NCBI RefSeq assembly: GCF_000143415.4
Contig: NW_003314262.1
Span: 1,601,960 to 1,665,959 of the forward strand
Source of the DNA: Selaginella moellendorffii
Lineage: Eukaryota; Plantae; Lycopodiophyta
Direction of reading: 5' to 3'
DNA length: 64,000 bases
The notes under the pieces are model-generated. The model was not told where the DNA came from. It saw only the letters and a program-made list of their open reading frames with translations, and ran no database searches. A program made the translations under genes and the position numbers. Shown one piece after another: positions 26,561 through 38,599 of the stretch; the stretch's first letter is position 1, and each line of letters starts with the position of its first letter.

Positions 26561-27427
26561 TATTATCCTTGCAAAAGCCCTTTAAATTAAAGGGATATAT
26601 AACACTTATATATACCCCACAATAAGCCTTGTGTAAGTAGTAAGGATGAGTGTAGGATTGCACTCATTCCCTATGAAATATGATAGTTGCAATTGCATGA
26701 GCATATGGAATACTATTCTTTTGCCAATGAACCAAAAACACATCTTTCCAACAAGTCTTATAAACTCAAACATGGTGCTTTGAGTGAATCTTGAATATTC
26801 TCATATTAGCTGGACAAATGATGTAGCAATGAGTACAACTACATGGTTAATAATATGAGCTTTAGTAGTATTCACTAAATTAGTGGAAGGTATATCACCC
26901 AATCCCTCCAATGCCACAAATAAAAATCTTAGACCCTATCAAAGTCATTACAAAACATGAAAAAAATTCTTATGTAATAATTTACAAAAAAATAAAAACA
27001 ATACTAGAAGATAAAACTGTAAATCTAGAAAATTTAGAGTTTGATGAATATTTAACAATAATATGAATAACATATGAGCAATATAAAACTACAATAAAAT
27101 CCACATTAATAAATACAAAAACAATTATAAACAAAAACCAAAAGACAGAAACACAAATACTTTTAATAATAAATTATCAAATTTACAATCAAATGTAAAT
27201 ACACATATAATTCTTGATCCATATGCAATAATCAAATTGTTTATCACATATTGTATGTATTGAAACAGAAATAACAAATCTCCTGTAACCAACCTACACT
27301 GGATAAATTATGCAGAATGCTTTATCTTCTTTTGAGATGTTTTTATGAGTATCTAGTTGCATAACGTGTTGGGTTGGGGGTCATTTCTCTTACTGCTAAA
27401 ATATGTTTAATAATCAATGACTACTAA

Positions 27428-27508
27428 GTCAGGATGGCCGAGCTGGTCTAAGGAGCTAGTTTCAGGTACTAGTCCGCAAGGGCATGGGTTCGAATCCCAT
27501 TCCTGACA
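27428..27508 (+). tRNA. tRNA-Leu (anticodon CAG)
   Basis: Acceptor stem GTCAGGA/TCCTGAC plus discriminator A; A box TGGCCGAGCTGG; anticodon arm CTAGT-TTCAGGT-ACTAG; variable arm CCGCAAGGG; T arm ATGGG-TTCGAAT-CCCAT. Confidence 0.9.
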
Positions 27509-27563
27509 AAATAGGCAAAGTACTTGATAAAATTACAACCAAAAAGAATTTACAAGAACACAC

Positions 27564-30187
27564 CTAGGGCCTGCAAGCCGTCATGACAATCCCCTCGTCC
27601 TTCCCAAACCCCGCCACCACCTTCTTCAATATAAACTCCGTCGTCTGGTGCGCATTCTCCACCGCCTTGGACACCCGGATCCACCTCTCCCCGTGCTTGG
27701 GCTCCGCCGCCTTGCACCTCTCCACCACCTCCTGGAGCTGCGCCTCGCTCCCGTGCTGCTGCTCAAACTTGTACAGCAGCGCCCAGAAATCCCCCACGTC
27801 CGGAGCAAACGTCACCGCCCTGTTCATCCAGTTCCTCGCCTTCTCCACCTTCCTGTCCTGCCAGAAAAACTTCCCCACCGCCGCGATCACGTATGGATCC
27901 TGCTCGCTGTTCTTGATCGCGTCGAAGCTCTTGGTCTTCCTCTGCGCCCGCGGCACCATCTCCACATTCGCGGCCCACAGCAGCCCGCTCTGCCGGCACT
28001 CCTGGAGCGCCTTCGCCATGAGCGCGTCCGCCTCCTTCCAGTTCCCGGCCCTCGTCTCCGCCCGGATCGCCGCCAGCCACAGCTCCGGGTTCTCCCTGTT
28101 CTTGAGCCTCGCCGTCGTCAGCATCGCTCTTGCCCTGCTGATCCCCCCGACTTTCTCTTCCAGCTGCGCAGCCGAGAGCCACAGCGGAGTACTAGCCGGG
28201 CATTTCTCCAGCGCTCTCTCGTACACGCTCCTCGCCGCCTCAAAGTTNNNNNNNNNNNNNNNNNNNNNNNNNNNNNNNNNNNNNNNNNNNNNNNNNNNNN
28301 NNNNNNNNNNNNNNNNNNNNNNNNNNNNNNNNNNNNNNNNNNNNNNNNNNNNNNNNNGTCGAGCGATTCTCTCGTTCCGTGGCTCTTTTCAAGCTGCGCC
28401 GCCTTCACCCAGATGCTCTTCTTCCCGGGAAACGCAGCCAGAGCATGAGCGTAGATAGCTCTCGCCGTCTCGATCGAGCCCCGCTTCCGGCACTCGTCCG
28501 CGTCCGCCACCCACGTCCGCTTCTTGTCCTCCTCCTCCACACCGATCCCGATGGTGCTCCTCACGATCGCCACGCACGTCGCCGCCGACCCGGCCCTCTC
28601 CGCCGCCTCCGCCTCCTTCATCCAAAACTCGCGGTCGATCACCACCCCGACCCGCTGGAGAGATCGTATCGCGCGGTCGATGATGCCTTCCACGCGCGAA
28701 ACGTTCCCCTGTGCCTCCTCCAGCTTCGCCGCAGCGATCCAGATTGTTGGCTCCGTTGGCAGCGCCTCGCGAGCTCGGTTGAGCACCACCCTCGCCTTGT
28801 CGTAAGTTTCCAGCCGCGCAAGCGCTAGCCAGAGCTCGACGTGGAGACGGCAGCACTCGGTAGCGCGAGCCAGTAAGATCCTCGCTTCGTCCTCGTTCGC
28901 CAGCTCCACCACCGCCTTCCACAGCCGGACCGAGTCGGGTATAAACTCGAGTCCCTTGCGAAGAACACGGCTCTTGGCGGCGTTTTCCACCTCGAGCCGC
29001 GCAGCCGCCATCCACAGCTTCACGGACGTCGGGATGGACTTCACCGCCATGGCGATCACTTTTTTGGCCGCATCGCCGCTGGCCAGCCGGCAGGCCTCGA
29101 GCCAGACGTCCTCGTTCTTGGGACACTCCTCGCATCCCTTCTGGATGAAACTCCTCGCAGCAGCGATCTTCCCCGCCACCTCTTCCAGCCGCGCGGCCGC
29201 GATCCACCCGGGAGCATGCTTTGGATTGGTCTGGATCACCGACTTGAGCAGCAACCTCGCCTTCTTGATATCGGAGATCTCGGCGTCGCTCGTGATCTTC
29301 ATACTCTTGAGATCGGTGAGGTATCCTTTCGGATCCACCACCGTGAGCCCACTCACCGAGTCGGACAGCCGATCCAGCTTGAGCGACAGAACAGTCCCCC
29401 GCCCCTCCCCGACCGCGGTAAGATCCGTCACCGGCGTCTGCGACCACGGTGTCTCCGCGCCGCCGGCAGTAGCAGCGCCGCCAACTCCAGCGGCGGCGCG
29501 GCTGCGAGGATCCAGCGCAGTGACGTGCTCCTTCTCCTGCCGAGCCTTTTCCAGCAGCGTGTCCGGCGCGGGCACAAAGCTCTCAAACCGCCTCTTCTTG
29601 TTCCTGGAAGAGTAGTCGCCAACCTCGGGGATGTTTTCCCACTCCTCCGCCGGAAGATCCAGCAGCGTCCTCTTCACGTCCGCGAACTGCTCCGTGATCT
29701 TGGGATTGGAAGCTCGGTACTGCTCGATCACCAGCTTGAGCCGCGCCTCCCGCCGGTCCTTGCGCCGCGAATCCATCCTCTTGTCCACGCTCTCCCATAT
29801 CTGGTCGGGCTCCTTGTCGTCCTCGTCATACTCACCCGTCGCGAAGAGCCCCACATCGTTGCCCTCGAATTCATCGAATTTCTGGTTCTCATCGTAGCCC
29901 TTGTCGTCGGCATCGTCGTCGTCGTCTACCGCCGCCGCTGCCGCCGCTCCTCCGCCAAGAGGTGGCGCCTTGCCTCTGCCGCGCCCGACGCCGCCGCCCG
30001 GCCCTGGAGCGCCGCCAATGGCGGTGGCCGACCTGTCGGGGAGATCCGGCGCTGCCCTGGCGGGGCCGATGTCGGATCGAGTGGTGAATCCGGTGGCGCC
30101 GCGCCCCAATCCGGCCACATAGTTGGGCGGCGGCTTGGCGTTGAGGAAATCCAAGCGGCCGCTCCTCGGCTGCACTGGGGCTTGCAT
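27564..30187 (-). CDS. STA1: Pre-mRNA splicing factor PRP6 / STABILIZED1 (HAT-repeat U5 snRNP protein); apparently intronless, spans N-gap 28248-28357
   Basis: Conserved N-terminus LDFLNAKPPPNYVAGLGRGATGFTTRSDIGPAR, DPKGYLTDL, DIKKARLLLKSV, HAT repeats and C-terminal EPKHGERW. An alternative in-frame ATG lies at 30238. Confidence 0.96.
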
Positions 30188-31346
30188 TTCTTCCCCTGTC
30201 AAGAACCCTAAGATAGAGTGCCCTAAATTTTCTAGCATTTAAAACCTCTACATTCTTCTGTTTTGAGAATATTCTTAGAATATTAGTAATTGTTGGAAAA
30301 TCTCATGCTTTGGCCGCAATGCACTGTTTTTCTTTCAATCACTAGGATTCAGTGTCACATAGAATTTAGCTTGTGTAGATTCATGTTGTCAGTTTTTGTG
30401 GAACACGTTGATCAAAATCAGACAATCCACTTCTTATTTAATTATTTTTGTTACGCTTGTTTGTTTCATCTATAGATCTTCTATTACCTTTTCTGTATAA
30501 TCTTCATGTTCTTGTTCTTTTAGCGGCTGGAAGGATTTCATGCTGCCCTGCCCCATGAAGTTAGAGCCTGTGTGATCTTGTCCATGGCATGAGAGCAATG
30601 ACCTCGAGAGCTTTTTGAGCTTGTGCATAAGCAACAAGCATAAGTTTCACGAGACTATATCCTCACCATGGAATTTGGTGTTTTCCTGGGGCTAGGAAAC
30701 CAATCACATGTGAAAACAGTTTAAAATTTAAAATTCTTTAACTGACACTTCTAAGTTCTTTTTGTGAGTTGAGGACGAGAGGATGACATGAAACTCTAGG
30801 TGCTTTCATTTGAATGAAAATCCTTTCCTTTTCATGAACAAGAAGAGGGATCTCGCTCGAGATATAGTCTTTCTTCCCTGCACTGCACAAGCTAGGAAAG
30901 GTGGTAGCTTGAAACTCATCAGCAAAGTCTAGTCACTGTTCAAGTACTTCACCAACGGGATTGTGACAATCCTGAGGCTCATTCATGCATTGCAGGAGAG
31001 GACGCACTGAGTGTCATGGAAACAACACAAAAATCTCAAGGTGAATGTGATGAAAGTGTCTACTGTATAATGAAGGTGGTGTTGAAATTTTTTTCACAGG
31101 TATAGTCTCTTATAGTCTCTTTTGTGGCTTGTCTGTGTCACAAATCATGAGAAAGCATCATGTAAGATTGTGGATTGTACTTTCATAAGATCTGCAGGAG
31201 TAAAGTTGGAAGCAGCTTGATTGTTTTTTTTTGGCACCAAATTAAATTTAATTTGGGAATTCTAAAGTTTATTTTTTAAAGGTTAGAACTCTCTTTAAAT
31301 TATAGATTAACAAATAAAAATGATATATAAACTATAACACTAATAC

Positions 31347-32609
31347 TATGAGATCCAAGTATACAGCATATTAGTGTAGTGGGATCTTGGTAGTTAGATT
31401 GATTTTAATTCAGATCACTTGCTTTTATATATAAGCTAAGTTAATTAATATTCACATTTCTATATTCTATACACTAACATTGGTGGAGATTAAGGGCAAT
31501 TTTATTGTCTTTGAGGAGTGCTAGGATTTGGGATTTTAGTTTAAATTTAACTCTTGTATTATTTAAATCTTCTTTTTCTTATAGCTTTTCTCACCTTATT
31601 CTTTATTGCTCTTTCCTTTTTGTTCATTTTTATGGTAGAGCAGTAGCCTCCTCCTCTGTTGACTGTGAAGCACTAATTGGTGCAATTACTTGATACTATG
31701 TAGTTACAATTAAAAAACACAATTAAACGGTTTAGTAAAATAGTTTTTTTGAACTTTTAAAAAGATGATCATGAAGTATATGAACTTTCAGCATTTGGAT
31801 TAAGATGGTTATTTTCCATCTCTTTATTATGCATATGTCATAAAGGGGTAGAATTCTGTTAATGTTTCACTATATAAACTCTTATATGATCATGATCTAA
31901 TACTACCAATGGAATTAGGTTTACCTTCGCAATTACCATGAATTGTTGATATTAAGTCATGGGATCAGTATTTAACAAGCATTCTTCCACTTGTTCGAGC
32001 AAAGTCTACCAAACATCTATGCCGTATACAAGTGGGACAATAACGGCACTACAACTCCCATCATCGTCCATCTATAAAATGCAAAGTGGATAACTTAGTG
32101 TTAATCTGTTTTCCTAATTTTATAATATATAGTTTATCTAAAGGGCTCTTTGCTTAGTGGAAAGGACTGTATTAAATGTTATAGCAAGTTGAAATGCAAG
32201 TTTATAAGGTTTGGCATGATGTCTAGCAAGTTAATTATCTAGAAATTATATATATACAGTGGCTAAAACACTTCATACAAAGAGATCAAGGAAAATTGTC
32301 ATCACTCATAGATCTACCAATGTCTCCTCTTGATGTTTTTTTAGATCCTGACCCATCCATGAGAAAACTTTGACAATCTTCCATCATTTTGAGAGGAGGG
32401 GATGATATGAGGTTTAAATGTATTGCTACGATGGATGTGAAGTCCAAATGTAGGCTACAATGCTATATACTAATATTAGTGTAGTGGGATTTTAGTAGTT
32501 GTCAATTTGGTTTTAATTCGAACCATTAACTTCTATATATAAGCTATGGTTTTTAGGCTAATTAATATGCACATTTTTGTATTTCATTTCTATATTCCAT
32601 GCACTCACA
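31347..32609 (+). mobile_element. Small non-autonomous LTR element (TRIM-like deletion derivative of 34586-36437)
   Basis: LTR-like repeats at ~31347-31479 and ~32407-32609. PBS TGGTGGAGAT (complement of tRNA-Ala 3' end); PPT GAGAGGAGGGGA; ATAC(T) on both flanks. Internal region aligns with 34760-34990 and 35790-36270. Confidence 0.8.
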
Positions 32610-33241
32610 ATACTTAAATCAAGTATTAAAAAAATAGAAGGAACTATAGATATAAAGTACAATATATACCAAAACAGGAATAACACTAAAATAGGAGATA
32701 AGTAATAATAAATAATATTTAGTTAAATAAGATGCACAACAATTTTAGTTTTCTTTAAAAAATCTGGTTTTTAAATATACTATATGTGCTGGAGGTGGAA
32801 GTAAATTAAAACATATATTTTAAACCTAATAGCTTCAAATGGCCCACTAGATTAATCAACATCCTTTTGATACTACTAAGTGATAGTGCCACTAAAAGTT
32901 TATGAATTTCGGGACTGGAACTCAAGAGAAGACTGATTAAGTGGAGTGAGGCTAGGGCAGATTACCATTATCCAGCTCCTATAACCCCGTAATAATAATA
33001 AAATGATAATATTTTCCTTAATCATTATAAATGCCTAAAATTCAAAGAATATCATAATAAATTTATTTAAATTGGCCAATGTCTATAAAATGCCAACTTT
33101 AGTGTTTTAGTTATGTTAGCAAAACAAAACAAACGCGGTGTAGTGGACATTTGGTCTACTGGTGGTGTGAGAGGTACCCAATAATTGTCTGTGCACTGTA
33201 CGTTTGTATGTATTTCCAAATTTTATTCTTGCCAAAATTGT

Positions 33242-34259
33242 TTACACCTTGGAGCCCAGCACAAGACCAGCAATTCCAAGGGCGAGAGCAACGCTTCCTC
33301 CATACTTCGTTCCAAACTCAGCAATGTTGGTGAAGGAATCGATGGCAGCATAGCCCTTTGCATAAATTTCCTTGCCCACGATGTTGTAGATGGCGCGAAC
33401 TGGAGCAAGCACGGCCTGGTATGCGTATGGCAGGTACTCGGTTGCACCGACAGCATCAAAGATGGAGTCTAAGAACCACTCGCTGTGAGTGGATGCTAGA
33501 ACATTGTTCACCATGATACTGCCAGAGAGAGTGAGTGGGTTGTAGAGGCCTAGCTTCTCAACCTTTGAGATTTCTGGAGAAGTAGCGCAGAATTGTTAGA
33601 AACATCCCACCAATATATATGCTTTTTGCTTTCCTTACCAGTGATTTTAGATGATTCCCACAGGGAATCTCCAACCTTGAGGTCCTCGGCTCTCTTGTAC
33701 ACGAGCTTCCCATTGACAGCAATGGGAACAAAGTGGCCTGCAGTGAGTTCCAACATGTTTGAAGCGCTATGCACTTGGAAAAACTTGGAGATGACATCAG
33801 CATCCTTGTGGCCGAATGCATACACATCTGAATAGATATTCTTGCCTACTGCAACCTGTGGAAAAGTTATACTTGGACAAGATTTGTAAATTTATGTGAA
33901 AGTATTCAACCTTGTCTCCGACATTAAGCTCCCTTACGAACTTAATTTCTCCATTATACATCTGAACAGTTGCATCTCCTATAATAGCTTGAAAATTGTA
34001 AGACAAAAAGTGAATTCACATGAACCCTACCTGGGAAGCATCCTGCCTTTGGAAGGGGTGGAGGGGGTCGAGTGCCTGGAGGAGGAGTTGCTGGAGTGGG
34101 AGGGGGAGTGCCTGGAGGGGGTGCAGTGCCTGGAGGAGTGGCTGGAGCGGGAGGGGAGGCAGGGGGTGGAGTGGGAGGGGCTGAAGTTTGTGCCACTGCA
34201 ATGCTTGCAGCAAAGGCAATGAAAGAAGTCAGGAAGATTAGAGCATTGGTATAAGCCAT
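33242..34259 (-). CDS. Secreted Pro-rich protein fused to a Hedgehog-type Hint (Hog) autoprocessing domain, 281 aa, 4 exons
   Basis: Exons 34259-34031, 33978-33911, 33855-33639 and 33573-33242; GT-AG introns with consistent phases and an open frame. Signal peptide, Pro-rich stretch, AG/CFPGDATV, ELNVGDKV, LELTAGHFV, AEDLKVGD, GLYNPLTLSGSIMVNNVLAS, then an amphipathic/hydrophobic tail. Confidence 0.9.
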
Positions 34260-34585
34260 TAGAACAGAATTATGATATATCTAGCTAGCCCAAAACTGCT
34301 GCTTGCTAACACTCTAGAGCAAGCCATTTTATAGCACAATGTAAGCATCTAATGTTTGGTTTCGTGCACCAAAAATTCAAACATAGTGCACATGGAGCTA
34401 GTGAATGGTGGTCCTAATTAAGACTATCATTTTCACCTATTTTGGTGAGATCCTAAATACTATCCAGAAAGAAGCATGGAGAAACTTTCTTAATATGAGC
34501 ATAATATCTAAAATCAAAATATTGTGAAAATTCTATTAGATTTAAAGAGGAAAGTATTTTTATTAAAATAGATTTAAAATATTTT

Positions 34586-36437
34586 TATGAGGTCCAAGTG
34601 TACGGCTATGATGCCATATATTAATATTAGCGTAGTAGAATTTTAATAACTATCAGATTGGTTTCAATCTAGACCTTTTGCTCCTATATATAAATTAGGG
34701 GTTTTGTGTTAATTGATATGCACATTTTTATATTCTATTTCTATATTCTATGCATTCTCATTAGTGGAGATAAAGGGTAACTTTAATTATCCTTGAGGAG
34801 TATTTGAATTTAGGATTCTACTTTAGATTTAGCTTTTGTATTGTTGAGATCTCTTTTTTTTTTTATAGCTTTTTTCACCTTCTTCTTTTCTACTCTTTCC
34901 TTTTCATTCATCTTTATAGTAAAGTAGTAGTTTCCTCCTCTTTTGACTCGAGCAGTAGTTGTTGTAATTGTTTGATATTATGCAATTGTAATTGAACAAT
35001 CAAACTCAATTGATAGTAACATTCACAACGCATGGTACAACTCCTCATACTCTTATTGCCAATCCTCAAGTCCAACTAGAGTTCTTCCATGGGAATATTA
35101 GGGATAATGTATACCATTGGTTTGATCACTTCATGATAATTGCCACATATTATTCTTGGGATGATACTCAATGTTTATGTGAATTTCCCATGTGTCTCCA
35201 AGGGATAGTGTTTCAATGGTACAATGGTTTAAGCGCAGCCACTCGTGAGGATTGAAGCATTTTCCAAAATGTCTTCAAATAAATATTTAGACATGCTGAC
35301 AATTGTGACAGTGCCTTTTAACAATTGCATCCTTTTTATCAAGGGCCATTTGAGTTTGTGATGCAATTTGGCATTTGGTTCTAGAGCCTTTTACTTCATG
35401 TGAAGTTAAATATGTCGAAATGAATCAAATTGAGAATAGTTAGCATTTCGTTAAAATTTTATAGAACTTATGAATGCACTTGCTCCAACCACCCTTGATT
35501 ATGCTCTTCACTTGGCAACACAACGTTATAAGACATTGTCTTTTCCACTTTTTACTACACATCCTTTACCTTCACAATATGTGGGAGATAATCCTATTTC
35601 AATGAAAGTTAATGCTATTATTTCCCAAGTTTAAGGATAAGGGCAAGGATAAGATCATGGTTGTGATATTTGTTATTGGGCATATAATAAAGTTGGTCAC
35701 ATTAATTGGAGTTGTTAGTGTTTTTTGGATTAGTTCTATTTCCTAGGTGGAGACCTTGGCATCAACAATGTTTTATTGGTGAATGTTTAAATGAAGGTCC
35801 ATGAGTTGATAATGCTATGTTGTGGGATCAATATTTAACAAACATTCTTCCACTTAGCCGAGCAAAGTTTGCTGAACACCTAAGTTGTGTACAAGTGAGA
35901 CAACAATAGCATTATAACTCCCATCATCGTCCACCTATAAAGTACAAAGTGGATGACCTGATGTTAGTTGATTTTCCCAATCTTATGGTATGTGATTTAT
36001 CTAAAGGGCTCCTTACTCAATGGAAAGTACTATATTTGGTGTTGTGGCAAGTTAAACCACAAATTTATAAGGTTTAGCATGACGTCCAACAAGTTGATTT
36101 TGCAAAAATTGTGTATATGCAATAGTTGAAACACTTTTTACAAAGGGATCAAGAATGACTAACACCACCTATAAATCCATTGATGCCTCTTCTTGATGTT
36201 CTTTCAGATTTTGGCCCATCCATAAAAAAAACTTTAATAGTCTTCCATCATTCCGAAAAGAAGGGATGATGTGAGGTCTAAGTGTATAACTATGATACTG
36301 TATACTAATATTAGTGTAATGAGATTTTGGTAGCCATTAAAATTGGTTTCAATTCGAACCATGTAAATAAGCTAGGATTTTTTGGCTAATTGATATGCAC
36401 ATTTCTATATTTTATTTCCATATTCCATGTACTCATA
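34586..36437 (+). mobile_element. Non-autonomous gag-only LTR element (TR-GAG-like)
   Basis: LTRs 34586-34760 and 36270-36437; PBS-like TAGTGGAGAT; PPT GAAAAGAAGGGA. Degenerate gag (FFHGNIRDNVYHWF...LQGIVFQWY) with a Zn-knuckle relic near 35670-35715; no pol. Confidence 0.8.
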
Positions 36438-36479
36438 GTTTAAATTTGTTGTTTATATTTATTTCTCAAATAAGCTTGC

Positions 36480-38370
36480 CACTATTAATTTTGGAACGCT
36501 TCATCATTTCTTTACCTTTCCTGGATAATAGGAATGCTGGTATGGACAAGCATTGAAAGCAAGAGAAACTCTGTAGCCAAGTGGAGCAAACTAGATGCTC
36601 CCAAGCCCTCTTAACACTCGCCCTTTCAAACTGCAGCAAGAGCTTCCTTGGAAGCTTCATTGCATGGATTCCAGTTGCAAAGCTTGGATTGCACCCTCTA
36701 AGGCCTGGCAGCCACTGATCCAAGCTTGCAGCTTCATTCAAATCATCAGCTTCCCTAGAACCATAGTTGCAGCTAGACATGCAAACGTTCAAATGCGTCC
36801 ATGTTTAAATGCCGTTTAAAACGTTTTTTTCAGGACAATCAAACGTTTACATGTTAAAGCCTAAAATGATTAAGAAAACACTAATATTTACTAAAGACAC
36901 TTTAATCTGATATTAAGTTTATAAAACCCATACTAAAACAAATGAAAGAAAAAGCCATTTCGCTGTTCTGCTTGTCCCAGCACTGGACCAGCTCTCTGTG
37001 CTTGCCACCATAGATTCTGCTGCCCCCCTGAACCCTGTGCAGCTTGCTGCAGCAGATGCCCATCATCGGCATCTGCTGGGTCTGCTAGCTCAAAATCGGA
37101 AAAACTGCTGCGAGGTTTTTTAAGAACTTCATAAGGGATCTCCCTCATTGCCTTGCATGTTTTCACACCTCTTGCCTGAACTCCAGCAAGATGTGCTCGC
37201 ACTCGCTCCGCTCCCCCAGTGTGAATCTCATGACAATACTTACATGTCCAGTGCCGCTCTGCTCGTATCACATGCTTCCAGCTCCAGCATTCGTGGCATC
37301 CTCCAATTCCTGCCATGACTACATGAACCCTGAAGAAACCCTAAAGAAACCCTAAAGAAACCTTTGTCTCTTTTCGCAAATAGTGCAAACGCGTTGGGAG
37401 TTTAGAACGGCATTTTTTAACGCGTTTAAAACGTTATGTTTTTTTAGTTTCATACGTTTTCCGGCAACTATGCCTAGAACCATGCCATGAGCAAGCTGGC
37501 TGATCTGTAATCTGGTCCAGGCTAGCTCCACAACCATATTTATTTCATGCATGGATCGCCACTCACCAGTTGCCAATGATTCAACACGGCCTCCAGGAAG
37601 AAAATGCCCTCAGAAAACTCTAGGAGTTTATTCTGCACCCGAGGTTCCGTCTGTAAGTTTTGTACTTGTTGATGGTTTTTGTTTTTGTAAATTGATCGTG
37701 TAGCTCATGTCGGTTTTGAGACTCCCATAAGACTCCGGTCAGCTGACAATGCTAAGTGAACTTTCATATTATTGATTCTTGCAATGCCTGCTCAGAGCTT
37801 CACAACTACGGCACAGGAAATGTGCAGTAAATGGCGGTAAATGTGCTCCATTGTTATAGATCCCTGGCGATGCCACTGCAATAAAATCAGGTGGAAGCTC
37901 GCCGTTATCATGGAAAGCCAATTCTGGATTGTGAGACAAAGGAGAGAAGTCATCCTCATAATGGTACAGTGAAAAGTTATCTTCTTACGCTCTTTTTGTT
38001 TTTGGTGCATACCTGTGTTGAGAATTCCCAGGCTTGGCGCCATCAAGACTACAGTGGCAATGGCAAGAGCAACAAAGCTTTTAGAAGCCATCATGGAGGA
38101 AATACAAATGGGAGATGGAACTAAACGAGTGCATACACATTGTGTATTTATACTCGACCAAGTAACACTACTCTTACTCTACAGTGAGAATTTTCTTGCC
38201 AATACAGACTTTGGGAAAGAGTAGTGACGTGATCGCATTTCTTCTCTTGAAGCCATGAACTCCCACTTTGCCATGCAAGGTCACTACGTACCACGCAATT
38301 AAAGCTTGATAAAGACTTCAAAGAGTGTATTGGAAAGAAAGATAGAATCGAGAACAAGATAGCAAGATGT
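36480..38370 (-). pseudogene. Possible F-box gene relic disrupted by the hAT insertion
   Basis: ILSFFPIHSLKSLSSFNCVVRS..W (~38270-38350) loosely resembles an F-box motif. Coding-like fragments continue either side of the hAT TSD; frameshifted. Confidence 0.3.
36762..37472 (-). mobile_element. Internally deleted hAT transposon retaining a BED zinc finger ORF (36933-37316)
   Basis: TIRs CATAGTTGC...GCAACTATG; perfect 8-bp TSD CCTAGAAC; BED finger WKHV...WTCKYCHEIHTGGAERVRAHL...C. Confidence 0.92.
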
Positions 38371-38599
38371 TTTATTCATCAATCCTCTTGATAGATCCTT
38401 TTATTAAGAGATTCTAGTTGACGCTGATAACTCCAACAGCTAGATATGCAAATCGGTTTAAAGGAATATTTATGAATATTCCTAATTTTTAATTTAATTA
38501 TTATAGATTGGTAATAATCAAATTAATCTTAAAAGTATATAATAAAATTGCTGTGTATTGCAATGCAGCAATGCTAGGTTTGCTTTTGTTTTTAAATAC

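Noticed and set aside
28200-28400. Apparent frameshift in PRP6
   Set aside because: It coincides with an N-gap of estimated length; both sides are intact.
27583-30211. Many long + strand and alternative-frame ORFs
   Set aside because: Shadow ORFs of the GC-rich PRP6 CDS.
33242-34259. True intein, or animal hedgehog contamination
   Set aside because: No terminal His-Asn or C-extein nucleophile and no Hedge domain. Introns are 52-65 bp like those of neighbouring genes, and the gene is embedded in host-type repeats.
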